From a virus (lineage: Duplodnaviria; Heunggongvirae; Uroviricota; Caudoviricetes): a stretch of DNA of 64,000 nt. The translations under genes were made by a program, and so were the position numbers. Below are positions 49,838 through 59,344 of this stretch, piece by piece. Each line of letters opens with the position of its first letter. Position 1 is the stretch's first letter. The notes under the pieces were generated by a model. The model saw nothing but the letters and a program-made list of their open reading frames with translations, was not told the DNA's origin and searched no databases. The stretch spans positions 192,001 through 256,000 of the IMG/VR virus record IMGVR_UViG_3300042009_000026. One strand, given 5' to 3'.

Positions 49838-52800
49838 ATGGCTGAGTCAAATAAGAAGGGTATGATCTCAGGAATGGAGTCCCTGTTAACAATCAGTGGT
49901 GAAGAATTCCTTGAAGTCGTCCGTATGGAGACAGATGGTAGCTTCAAGAACTACCGATTGCTCATTTCCAAAATCCGTAACAATGCAGGTCTATCCGCTT
50001 ACGAGATCGCCATTCAAAATGGTTTCGTTGGTACCGTCGAGCAATGGCTAGCGTCACTCGAAGGTAAGACCGCATATCGAATCGCCGTGGACCTTGGGTT
50101 CATCGGTGATGAAGCCGCTTTTATTGCCTCTTTGAAAGGCGACAATGGCGCGGAAGGTAAGTCAATCTACGAGATCGCAATTGATACTGGGTTCGTAGGC
50201 ACCGAAGCAGATTTTCTAGACACGCTTGTAGGTAAGTCCGCTTACGAAACTTACTTAGGTCTTCCGGGTAATGCCGGTAAGACAGAAGCCGAATTTATCC
50301 TTTCGATTAAAGGCGTGAAGGGTGACACAGGCATTCAAGGTATCCAAGGGGAAGATGGTAAATCTGCATTCGAAGTATGGCAAGCCTTGCCGGGTAATAT
50401 CGGTAAAGATGAATCGGAGTACTTATACGCACTGACTGGTGCTGCTGGTGCTTCCGCTTATGAAATTGCTTTGGATGATGGCTTTGTTGGTTCTGAACTG
50501 CAGTGGCTTTCTTCCTTAGAAGGTCCTTCGGCATACGAAGTAGCTAAAGCGGCCAATCCTTCTATTCCTAGTGAAGCTGCATGGTTGGCTTCTTTGGTAG
50601 GTCCATCCGCATTTGCTGTTGCACAAGCGGCAGGATTTGTAGGTACAGAAGCACAATGGCTTGCTTCTTTGGTCGGTGATTCGGCGTATGAAGCTTGGTT
50701 AGCTGAAGGCAATGTTGGTTCAGAAGCACAGTTCCTGGAATCTCTTGAAGGTTCGGATGGTGTGAATGGTACCGATGGCGCTAACGGTGCTTCTGCTTAT
50801 CAGACCTGGCTCGGTCTGCCTGGTAATACCGGCAAAACAGAAGTTGAGTTTATCGCATCCATCAAAGGTGCGACAGGTAATGATGGCATAGACGGTATCA
50901 ATGGTGCCGATGGCGAATCGGCTTACCAAACTTGGTTGGCTTTACCTGGTAACGCTGGTAAGACAGAAGCAGAATTCATTGCTTCTTTGAAAGGCGCTGC
51001 TGGTACTAATGGAACGAATGGTCTCAATGGTAAGTCAGCTTATCAAGTTGCAGTTGAAGATGGTTTCCTCGGTTCTGAAGCCCAATGGCTAGAAAGCCTG
51101 GTTGGTCAAGAAGGTGCCATTGGCCCTGGTCTGAATGTTATTGACACCATTACACAAGAAGAATATGACGATATCGTTACTCAAGGCAATGCACTTGTTG
51201 GTGATGCCTACCTGGTCGAAACTTTCCTCTATGTCTACAATGGCACGAGTTGGGTTAAGTCTAATTCTATCCAAGGTCCAGAAGGCCAAGGTTTAAATTA
51301 TCTTGGTGAATGGCCTACTGCTATCGCCTTGCCACTTGATGTCAATTACGTCTCTGGTGATACTTACGTATGGCGGAGCTCATTGTGGACATTGGTAGAA
51401 CAACCTGATCGTAAATGGGTGGACATTGGTGTACCTGGTCCTCAAGGTAAATCCGCTTATCAAACTTGGCTGGAACTTCCAGGCAATGCTGGTAAGACAG
51501 AAGCAGAATTCATTGCATCACTCAAAGGCCCTAGTGGCGATGATGGTATCAATGGTCAGGATGGTACTAACGGTATCGATGGTGCTAAAGGCGATGATGG
51601 TGAGTCGGCTTACCAAGTTGCAGTACGTGATGGTTTCGTAGGAACCGAATTACAATGGCTTGCCTCCCTGAAAGGTGACCAGGGCGATCAAGGTATTCCT
51701 GCAGTAGCATTCGAAATCAAAGGTACACTTACCGATGTTTCAGAATTACCACGCCCTGGTAATGCTGCGGAAGCCTATTACGTTAACCGTGATTTGTATA
51801 TCTGGATCGTTGATGATGTTGTCCCGGCCAACTCCGACTATCAAAACTTCGGTTCTATTAATGGTGCTTCGGCATATGAGATCGCTGTTGAAGGTGGTTT
51901 TGTTGGTACTGAAGCGCAGTGGCTATTAACACTGAAAGGTACTGACGGGGTAGATGGCACTGACGGTACTAATGGTACAGATGGCCGCAATCTACAGGTC
52001 AAAGGTACCCAAGTTGATTTGGCTGCCATTCAAGCATTACCAACACCAGTCGATCAAGATGCATGGGTAGCATTGGACACAGGTCATCTGCATATCTACG
52101 TAACGGATACATGGATTGATGCTGGTCCTTTCCGTGGTGTGGATGGTACCGACGGCACTAACGGTGTCGATGGTGAATCTGCTTATGAAACCTATAAAGC
52201 CCTTCCGGGTAACTCAGGTAAAACTGAGGCTGAGTTTATCGCTTCGTTAAAAGGGGCAGATGGTGTTGATGGAACGAACGGTACTGACGGTCGTAATGTA
52301 ACTATTAAAGGTTCTGTTGCTAACGTTGGCGCTCTTCCTGGCGATGCTGTTGAACAAGATGCATGGACTACTCTGGACACTGGCATCCTGTACATGTGGA
52401 TTACTGGCGCATGGGTTAACCTAGGTCAGTTCCGCGGTGCTAAGGGTGACGATGGTATTCAGGGTATTGTCGGTAATGATGGTGCTCCAGGTATCGGTAT
52501 CGTTATCAAAGGTGAAGTAAACGTAATTGGGGATCTACCTGATCCATCAACTGCTGATCCAGGTGATGCGTACTACGTAGTTGCAGATAACAAACTGTAC
52601 CAAGTAAACGATGCTAACCTCTACGGCCCTGGTATTACTATTGTCGGCCCTCCGGGTGCTGATGGTATCCAAGGCATTCAAGGCCCTGCTGGTACCTCGA
52701 TCTCCATCATGGGATCTTACGCTACCGAATCGGCTCTGATTGCTGCGCATCCTACAGGTGTTGCTGGTGAAGGTTATTTGGTTGGTGACGATCTATACCT

Positions 52801-53920
52801 CTACGGTGTTAACCCAGTAGGTGGTGCTACCGAATGGTACAATGCTGGTCCTGTACGTGGTCCTAAAGGTGATCCTGGTATTCAGGGTATCCAAGGCTTG
52901 CGTGGTATCCAAGGTCTGACTGGTGAACGTGGTGCATTGTGGCTGACTCTACCAGATGGTGTTGAAGTTCCTACATCTGGCTATGGTCGCGAAGGTGATT
53001 GGGCAGTTAGTGATAACTTCGATACTTTCTACAAAGCTCCAGGCACAGGCTGGGTTCAGATCGGTCGTCTGGTAGCTGGTGATGTTAATTCACCACTGGG
53101 TAGTTTGGGTAAAGTAGTCCGTCTGGGTACCTCATGGGTAGCATTGCCTGTTGATGAAGTTCCTAATCTGGAAACAGGTAAGATCTACGCTCGTCAACTC
53201 AAAGCAGGTGAAACTGATTTGGGTGAATGGGTTGAAGTTACTTTCCCTGCATTCCCAGAACCAGCTGCTGATGATAAGCTTTACGCTCGTCGTCTTGCTA
53301 CTGGTCAGACTATCGGCGGTTGGGTAGAAGTACCTGGTGGTATTGCTGATCTGGTGACTAAAGATAACAAGCAATACATCCGTACCTTCGAGACTGCTGA
53401 CTCTGCTCCGAAATGGAAAGAGGTAGTTATCCCGGCTGGTATCGGTGAAGCTCCAACTACTGCGGGCAAAGTTTATTTGCGTAGTGGCCAGAACAACAAC
53501 TGGGTAGAATACGTTGCTCCTGCTGCTGGTATTGCTGAGGCTCCAACTGATGGTAAACAGTACATCCGTAAGAACTCAGCATGGGTGTCATTTGATCGTT
53601 ACGATCTCCCAGTTACTTCAATCTCTGCAACCGCTACTATTGATCCATTAGTAACTGCGTATATTGATGTAGATAACACTGGAGCCACAGCTAAGACCCT
53701 GACACTAAGTCCGGGTACCACTGGTCGTGCACAAACAGTAGCCATGTTAATTCGCGGCGCTGCAGGCACGATTACTTTCGCAGCAAATGGTGGTGCGGCA
53801 CTTGGTTGGAACACAGGTACGCCTCCATCATTCACTGGTGCGAAAACAGTACTGACATTCCTTTGGACTGGTTCGACTGCTACTGGTTGGATTGGTGCCC
53901 AAGGTGCAGTAGTACCTTAG
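49838..53920 (+). CDS. Collagen-like long fibre (phiKZ gp145-like)
   Basis: MISGME module, many GKSAY...GF.G.E..WL.SL.G repeats with GXY runs, C-terminal foldon-like repeats. Confidence 0.85.
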   Translation: MAESNKKGMISGMESLLTISGEEFLEVVRMETDGSFKNYRLLISKIRNNAGLSAYEIAIQNGFVGTVEQWLASLEGKTAYRIAVDLGFIGDEAAFIASLKGDNGAEGKSIYEIAIDTGFVGTEADFLDTLVGKSAYETYLGLPGNAGKTEAEFILSIKGVKGDTGIQGIQGEDGKSAFEVWQALPGNIGKDESEYLYALTGAAGASAYEIALDDGFVGSELQWLSSLEGPSAYEVAKAANPSIPSEAAWLASLVGPSAFAVAQAAGFVGTEAQWLASLVGDSAYEAWLAEGNVGSEAQFLESLEGSDGVNGTDGANGASAYQTWLGLPGNTGKTEVEFIASIKGATGNDGIDGINGADGESAYQTWLALPGNAGKTEAEFIASLKGAAGTNGTNGLNGKSAYQVAVEDGFLGSEAQWLESLVGQEGAIGPGLNVIDTITQEEYDDIVTQGNALVGDAYLVETFLYVYNGTSWVKSNSIQGPEGQGLNYLGEWPTAIALPLDVNYVSGDTYVWRSSLWTLVEQPDRKWVDIGVPGPQGKSAYQTWLELPGNAGKTEAEFIASLKGPSGDDGINGQDGTNGIDGAKGDDGESAYQVAVRDGFVGTELQWLASLKGDQGDQGIPAVAFEIKGTLTDVSELPRPGNAAEAYYVNRDLYIWIVDDVVPANSDYQNFGSINGASAYEIAVEGGFVGTEAQWLLTLKGTDGVDGTDGTNGTDGRNLQVKGTQVDLAAIQALPTPVDQDAWVALDTGHLHIYVTDTWIDAGPFRGVDGTDGTNGVDGESAYETYKALPGNSGKTEAEFIASLKGADGVDGTNGTDGRNVTIKGSVANVGALPGDAVEQDAWTTLDTGILYMWITGAWVNLGQFRGAKGDDGIQGIVGNDGAPGIGIVIKGEVNVIGDLPDPSTADPGDAYYVVADNKLYQVNDANLYGPGITIVGPPGADGIQGIQGPAGTSISIMGSYATESALIAAHPTGVAGEGYLVGDDLYLYGVNPVGGATEWYNAGPVRGPKGDPGIQGIQGLRGIQGLTGERGALWLTLPDGVEVPTSGYGREGDWAVSDNFDTFYKAPGTGWVQIGRLVAGDVNSPLGSLGKVVRLGTSWVALPVDEVPNLETGKIYARQLKAGETDLGEWVEVTFPAFPEPAADDKLYARRLATGQTIGGWVEVPGGIADLVTKDNKQYIRTFETADSAPKWKEVVIPAGIGEAPTTAGKVYLRSGQNNNWVEYVAPAAGIAEAPTDGKQYIRKNSAWVSFDRYDLPVTSISATATIDPLVTAYIDVDNTGATAKTLTLSPGTTGRAQTVAMLIRGAAGTITFAANGGAALGWNTGTPPSFTGAKTVLTFLWTGSTATGWIGAQGAVVP

Positions 53921-53924
53921 TAAA

Positions 53925-53956
53925 CATAAGCCTCCCTTTGCGGGGAGGCACTTATG
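53925..53956 (+). terminator. Hairpin terminator
   Basis: CATAAG-CCTCCC-tttgcg-GGGAGG-ca-CTTATG. Confidence 0.7.
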
Positions 53957-53999
53957 TTATTTTATGAATCATTAACAAATACGTTCTCAAGGAACTAAC

Positions 54000-54650
54000 A
54001 TGACTACAGTCAATCGTACTACCCGTCTGATCGAATCAGATAGCGGCGATTATCCTCTTTACTTAGCTGATCTTCCTTCGCGCGTACCGAATACTTCATT
54101 CCCACAAGTGGTAGATTCCGAGATTCTTTTTGAATTCGGATATGAACCAGTACTAGATGTTGAAGTCCCAGTTAACGATGTGGTTACAGAAGGTGCACCC
54201 GAGCTCCGTGATGGTAGTTGGTATCGTGTCTACAATGCACGTGCATTTAATGAGACCGAAGTAAATACCAATCTAGCTGCCGCTAAAGCTGCATTGAAAA
54301 CACAAGCAGAAGCTAAACGTGTAGCTGATTTTGAAAAAGGTTTTCCTTACCAATTCGGTGAGCAAATCTATCATGTACAGATTCGACCTACTGATCGACA
54401 GAACATCACAGCCTTACGGGTTATTGCAAAAGAAGCAGTAGCTGCCGAAGTGCCAATGCCTATCAACTTTCGTGTCTATGAAAACGTAAGTGTTACCTTG
54501 ACCGCTGCTGAGATGGTAGATGTAGCTAATGCTACTTTCAGTAAGGTAAGTGAAGGCTATGAGGTCATTTGGACTTTCAAAGATCAAGTAGACGCAGCTA
54601 CGACTATTGCGGAATTGCCTGTACTCCCATCCGAATTGTTTACTTTGTAA
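54000..54650 (+). CDS. Tail fibre assembly chaperone-like protein (DUF4376-like C-terminus)
   Basis: DRQNI...FR..EN..V.LTA.EM...K.QV.AA.T..EL pattern; follows the long fibre gene. Confidence 0.6.
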   Translation: MTTVNRTTRLIESDSGDYPLYLADLPSRVPNTSFPQVVDSEILFEFGYEPVLDVEVPVNDVVTEGAPELRDGSWYRVYNARAFNETEVNTNLAAAKAALKTQAEAKRVADFEKGFPYQFGEQIYHVQIRPTDRQNITALRVIAKEAVAAEVPMPINFRVYENVSVTLTAAEMVDVANATFSKVSEGYEVIWTFKDQVDAATTIAELPVLPSELFTL

Positions 54651-54712
54651 ACATTAGTCTTCCCCGCACAGGTGAGACTTTATACATGTAATACTTAAAC
54701 AGGAGATTACGT

Positions 54713-55702
54713 ATGTTTGAAATGCTCCTATATCCTGGAAGTCAAGGGCAACAATATTTCCCTAATTCCGGTCCTGGTCGCAAAACCCTAAAAGCTGGTA
54801 ATGAGGAAATAGGTTATTTTGGAACTTTGTCTTCTGTTGAATTATTCCAGGGATGGGAAGTCAGTAGTGCTTTAGGATTTACTGCTGGGTTAGTCAACAA
54901 AGAAACAGATAACACATGGATGAAATTTGTTTACCACGGGAAGTTTCTTTTCGTGTGTAAAGAATATACCCGCTATAACCTATCATGGGATGATGTTTAT
55001 AAAGCGGGCGCGATGTATGGTCTTAAGGGCAATGGTCCTTACCCTGTTTCTGGTTTTCCAAAAGACCAATGGACTGTAATGGTTAAAGAAGAATCAGGTG
55101 TTTCCATCCCTTGGAAGTTAGTGCCCCGTACCATCCGAGGAACAAGCGTTGATCCTTATGTTGGTGTTGACTATACTGCATTTGGATTGGCAGAAGGAAA
55201 CGAACACAACGATTTGATTTTTCGTTTATTAACCGATGGTGCGAATAGTCGACCTAATACGGGTATCTTTGAAAAATGGCCAGGTGCAGATTTAGGTATT
55301 AATGGGAACACTAACCATGGCTTCATCCAAGAGACATCTGCTTCTAACGTAGCTAACTCAATGGTACGTGGTCCAACAGGTGCAACTCTCAATCTACCAA
55401 AAGCCACTGTTCGTGCAACTACCGATGGTTGGCGCCCAGTGTTGGAATTGGTTGGGGATGATAATGCTTTCAACCCATACCGGTTATATCAGGAATATAC
55501 TGGTAACCAAGGTCCCCTTAGTGTTGCTGGTCAATTCGTAAATGTGGTATATAGTCCAACTCAATTCAGGGTTACTGATGGGGCTACTATCTTAGCACCT
55601 GCTGTCCAGTCAGTAACATTCGTGGACTATGTACGTAGACCGCAGAACCTATCGGTAGCTAATCCGATCTATCCCGTGTCCATGACTTTCACACGTACCT
55701 AA
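54713..55702 (+). CDS. Virion protein, phiKZ gp146-like family, with Pro-repeat C-terminal tail
   Basis: GPG..L..G....GYFG, WMKF...GK.LF and GWRPVLEL motifs. Confidence 0.75.
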   Translation: MFEMLLYPGSQGQQYFPNSGPGRKTLKAGNEEIGYFGTLSSVELFQGWEVSSALGFTAGLVNKETDNTWMKFVYHGKFLFVCKEYTRYNLSWDDVYKAGAMYGLKGNGPYPVSGFPKDQWTVMVKEESGVSIPWKLVPRTIRGTSVDPYVGVDYTAFGLAEGNEHNDLIFRLLTDGANSRPNTGIFEKWPGADLGINGNTNHGFIQETSASNVANSMVRGPTGATLNLPKATVRATTDGWRPVLELVGDDNAFNPYRLYQEYTGNQGPLSVAGQFVNVVYSPTQFRVTDGATILAPAVQSVTFVDYVRRPQNLSVANPIYPVSMTFTRT

Positions 55703-55712
55703 GGAATGAAAT

Positions 55713-56654
55713 ATGAACTTAAAACTTATCTGGACAGATATCAACACTGTAGACGTTACAATTAATATCTATCGCAGCGAAACAACAATTGATACAGCTA
55801 ACCTTCCTGCGCCTGTAGCTACGTTAACTGCGGGTGAAGAAACATGGACCGATCCGGATGCTGTTCGTGGACGTTATTACTACTACGTCTTTAAAACCAC
55901 GAGTGCTGTAGATACTGTAACATCTGCCAACTATCGTATTCAAGCAGTTCCACGATTAGGTCCTGGACCATCCGAATTGAAATATGGTGATTATAACTAC
56001 GGTTATTTTGGGTCTATTCCATCTAACGAATTCATTAACACTGCTAACTTACGTAGTGCAGTGAACTTCCAAGCTGGACCTGGTAACAATGCTGCTCCAA
56101 CATGGCACAAGTACGTACGTAATGGTACTGTATATTTTGTACCTAATACTTGCTTGGGGCAATCGGTGCAATGGACCGAGATTTATGCGGCTGGTATCAT
56201 GTTTGGTATCACTGGATCAGGACCTCATCGAAATGGCGCTACTGCAACAGATCAACGTAAGACAGTGACCATTGGTTCCGATGTCTTCATTGTGCGATGC
56301 ATGAAAGGTTATAGTGATGATGCCACACGTATTGTACCAAATGCCACGGTCAACGAACCTGCTGAATATTCTAATGAATTTAATGATTTTATTTATCCTC
56401 TCGTTAAATTTGTTCCAGCTGCACAACGCTTAGTTAACATTGCTGCGCAAGGAGTTCAAGAAACATTACCTGGCCCATGGAACGGTTATACAAGTGTGGC
56501 TATCCAAGAACTTAGTGACAGTGGTTCTTTGCCTGTAGTTCGACGTGGCGGTGCTTTTGAAACCCGTACAGGTTTAGCCCAGCGATCCAGTAACACCAAC
56601 GCCTATCTATGTTCATGGTATCCAATTTTGGAACTAGTAGCACCAGCTATCTAA
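55713..56654 (+). CDS. Virion protein, gp146-like family, N-terminal FN3-like domain
   Basis: L.W...IYRS...W.D...YYY, GPGP..L..G...GYFG and W.P.LEL motifs. Confidence 0.75.
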   Translation: MNLKLIWTDINTVDVTINIYRSETTIDTANLPAPVATLTAGEETWTDPDAVRGRYYYYVFKTTSAVDTVTSANYRIQAVPRLGPGPSELKYGDYNYGYFGSIPSNEFINTANLRSAVNFQAGPGNNAAPTWHKYVRNGTVYFVPNTCLGQSVQWTEIYAAGIMFGITGSGPHRNGATATDQRKTVTIGSDVFIVRCMKGYSDDATRIVPNATVNEPAEYSNEFNDFIYPLVKFVPAAQRLVNIAAQGVQETLPGPWNGYTSVAIQELSDSGSLPVVRRGGAFETRTGLAQRSSNTNAYLCSWYPILELVAPAI

Positions 56655-56664
56655 GTGAGGCAAC

Positions 56665-57588
56665 ATGTCAATTACAATTAACTGGCCTGCCACTAACGTA
56701 GGGGTAGCGACAGAAGTACGTATCTACGCTTCTACGGCCAAGATTCCTGATGATACATTACCTGCACCTATTGCCACATTAGCTGGGACAGCAACTTCCT
56801 TTGTATGGTCGTCACCTCCTACTGATAACACGGTATATTACTTTCGAATCGCAATTGATCGTGGAGCAGATTCTTGGCTTAGTGATAACCAGCCCTATGG
56901 TTATTTCTCTACCACTGGACCAGGTTTACAACAACCTGTCCGGGGTAGTTGGGAATTGGGTTACTTTGGACGTGTTCCAGTAGCGGATATGATCTCCGGT
57001 TCAGCTCTAAGAACAGCAATAGGTGCCGGAGCTATTGGTACCGCAATCGCTGATTCTAACATTACGTACTATTACAAATTTGTAAGAGAAGGTAAGATTC
57101 TGTTTTATCCAGCTGGTGCCATTATTACTACTGTAACATGGGACCAGTTATATAACCTCGGTCTGGTGTATGGTACAGATGACAATGGTGCTTATCCAGT
57201 AGGTGCAGCCTTAACTCCAACTAACCAAAAGAAACTGATCACTATCGGTGCTTTTAGTTTCTTGGCCCGTTGTCCGAAAGGCTCTACGTTACCAACTACC
57301 ACATTGGTGACTACTGCAACAGCAGATAAAGAAGGCTCAGAATGGGACCAAACCATGGGTCGTGTGAATCCGAATGCTACGTTGTCATGGAACACCAGTA
57401 TCATGCAAGATGACAACGTAACTATTCCGGCTACTACGCAAGGTACTATTACACAACATTTGTTGGTTGCTAGTGGTACACCTAAGACAGCACTGCATCG
57501 CGGTTCAGCAGCAATTGATGCAATTAACCAAGTGGGCACTGGTACAGCCAGCTATGGCTATGCTCCTTTTCTTGAGCTACAATTTTGA
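56665..57588 (+). CDS. Virion protein, gp146-like family, N-terminal FN3-like domain
   Basis: Same architecture as its neighbours. Confidence 0.75.
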   Translation: MSITINWPATNVGVATEVRIYASTAKIPDDTLPAPIATLAGTATSFVWSSPPTDNTVYYFRIAIDRGADSWLSDNQPYGYFSTTGPGLQQPVRGSWELGYFGRVPVADMISGSALRTAIGAGAIGTAIADSNITYYYKFVREGKILFYPAGAIITTVTWDQLYNLGLVYGTDDNGAYPVGAALTPTNQKKLITIGAFSFLARCPKGSTLPTTTLVTTATADKEGSEWDQTMGRVNPNATLSWNTSIMQDDNVTIPATTQGTITQHLLVASGTPKTALHRGSAAIDAINQVGTGTASYGYAPFLELQF

Positions 57589-57598
57589 GGTTTGAACG

Positions 57599-58531
57599 AT
57601 GCCAATTAAACTAGATTGGATTGATCACAACGTCTCGGCAGATAGTCGTAACGTCTACCGATCGACGTCCAAGATCGATCAGGGTAACCTTGGTGTACCT
57701 TTGGTATCATTACCAGGTGACGCCTTGACTTATACTGACAACACCGTGCAACGTGGTGTGACTTATCATTACGTTGTCACCAGTGTTCAGGGTACAGATG
57801 AAGCCCCATCTGCCGAATATGTGATCGCTTATATCCCATATACCGGACCTGGGCCACAGACCTTAGTTCGTGGTACGTGGGACTATGGTTATTTTGGGCG
57901 AGTTCCATTAGAAGATATCTTCTCTTCCACTGAGTTGGTTAAGGGGTGTAATCTGGCCGGAAGTATTACCATCAACACGACTGCTGGTAACTACTGGCAC
58001 AAAGTGGTATACGCTGGAAAGATCTTATTCTTCCCTAATAACTCAATTGGTACAGGGATTTCATACCAGACGTTGTATAACGCTGGATTAGTTTTTGGCG
58101 CTAGACCAAGTTCTGAATGGCCAGCTGCAATCAAAACGCAGTTAGGTACAATAGCACAGAATTTTGTAATTAGTTCTGGTACCCATCGATTTGTAGTAAG
58201 GTTACCTACTTCGCGGTCTAACATGGCCAGTACTAGTGTAGTGGCTACAGATCTACGTGGTGGTGAAGTTGATGCTGTATTTGCAGGCTTCTACATTGGT
58301 CGTGATTTCAATGATGCGAAGCTTCCGCAATTCGATGATTGCACTACTCCATTAGCTAACGGTAACTATTACCATACAGCTGATTATTACGATGGGGCTA
58401 GTCCTAACGCTAACGCCATTTTCAGATTCGGTTCCACTGGTTCGGTAATTGATAGCTTGCCTACTAAATTCTTACTTACTAACCCATCTACTTCTTTCTA
58501 TTGGAAACCAGTATTAGAGTTAGTCTATTAA
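57599..58531 (+). CDS. Virion protein, gp146-like family, N-terminal FN3-like domain
   Basis: Same architecture as its neighbours. Confidence 0.75.
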   Translation: MPIKLDWIDHNVSADSRNVYRSTSKIDQGNLGVPLVSLPGDALTYTDNTVQRGVTYHYVVTSVQGTDEAPSAEYVIAYIPYTGPGPQTLVRGTWDYGYFGRVPLEDIFSSTELVKGCNLAGSITINTTAGNYWHKVVYAGKILFFPNNSIGTGISYQTLYNAGLVFGARPSSEWPAAIKTQLGTIAQNFVISSGTHRFVVRLPTSRSNMASTSVVATDLRGGEVDAVFAGFYIGRDFNDAKLPQFDDCTTPLANGNYYHTADYYDGASPNANAIFRFGSTGSVIDSLPTKFLLTNPSTSFYWKPVLELVY

Positions 58532-58533
58532 GC

Positions 58534-58571
58534 GGCATAAAGCCTTCCCGTTGGGGAAGGCTAATATGTCG
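58534..58571. terminator. Bidirectional hairpin between convergent genes
   Basis: AGCCTTCCC-gttg-GGGAAGGCT, same core as 16089-16126. Confidence 0.75.
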
Positions 58572-58573
58572 TC

Positions 58574-59344
58574 TCACTCTGAAAAGCCTTCCACATCTGA
58601 AGGGTTAGGCTCATCAGATTTAGGCTTACCTTTAATATCAATTAGACTGAAGTATCGGGTGTCAATGTAGTTGATATCCATGTTGTGCTGTGTAACTAAA
58701 CGGAAACGGAACAAATCATGTTTCCGTTCTTCTATAGTTAGTTCAGCTGGATCACGATCAAATAACTTTGGATGCACGACGTTAAAGTCGGACATCAGGG
58801 TTCCTACGATTGCAACATGATGATACTTAAACCATTCGGCAAATTCGTAGATAATCATTCCACCGAATTCATCAGCTAAACGTTCAACAGTTAGTTCATG
58901 AATATGGTAGTCCACTAGTTTAACGTTTAATTCAGAACCATACTTCTCCTGGATAATACGTACCAGTTCAGAACGTTCGGCAGGAGACAATACATAAGGG
59001 GCTACATTGATAGCCAGACCAATTTCATCTGTGTGCTTGGTCATGCCATCCATCATATTGATGTCAGCTTCTGCCAGCAATTGATAAAGGAATGGCGCCA
59101 TACCCGTTTCGAAACTTTCATTCAGTGTCTTAGCTGTATTACTACCACCTCGTAATTCATAAGCCTCACGGAATTGATCATTAGTAACCAATCCACCCGT
59201 TAATGCAAACCAATCATCGTAATCGCGTTCCCAGTAAAGAGGATTCATTACTAGTGCTTCAGCGGCTTTCTTATTGATACCCGCCATGACACCTAAACGG
59301 GTATCTAACAAGACATCCAATCCAATCAACATTCGTCTGATCAT
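58574..59344 (-). CDS. Conserved phiKZ-like protein (gp147-like)
   Basis: LDVLLDTRLG N-terminal motif; synteny. Confidence 0.7.
   Translation of the reverse strand: MIRRMLIGLDVLLDTRLGVMAGINKKAAEALVMNPLYWERDYDDWFALTGGLVTNDQFREAYELRGGSNTAKTLNESFETGMAPFLYQLLAEADINMMDGMTKHTDEIGLAINVAPYVLSPAERSELVRIIQEKYGSELNVKLVDYHIHELTVERLADEFGGMIIYEFAEWFKYHHVAIVGTLMSDFNVVHPKLFDRDPAELTIEERKHDLFRFRLVTQHNMDINYIDTRYFSLIDIKGKPKSDEPNPSDVEGFSE

Noticed and set aside
49990-52950. Periodic DNA repeats resembling an array or CRISPR
   Set aside because: They are degenerate coding repeats (SAY and GXY units) within one ORF, with no fixed repeat and unique spacers.
49225-58531. Diversity-generating retroelement suggested by the Mtd-N-like domain and lectin-like paralogs
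   Set aside because: No reverse transcriptase and no template/variable repeat pair seen in the window.
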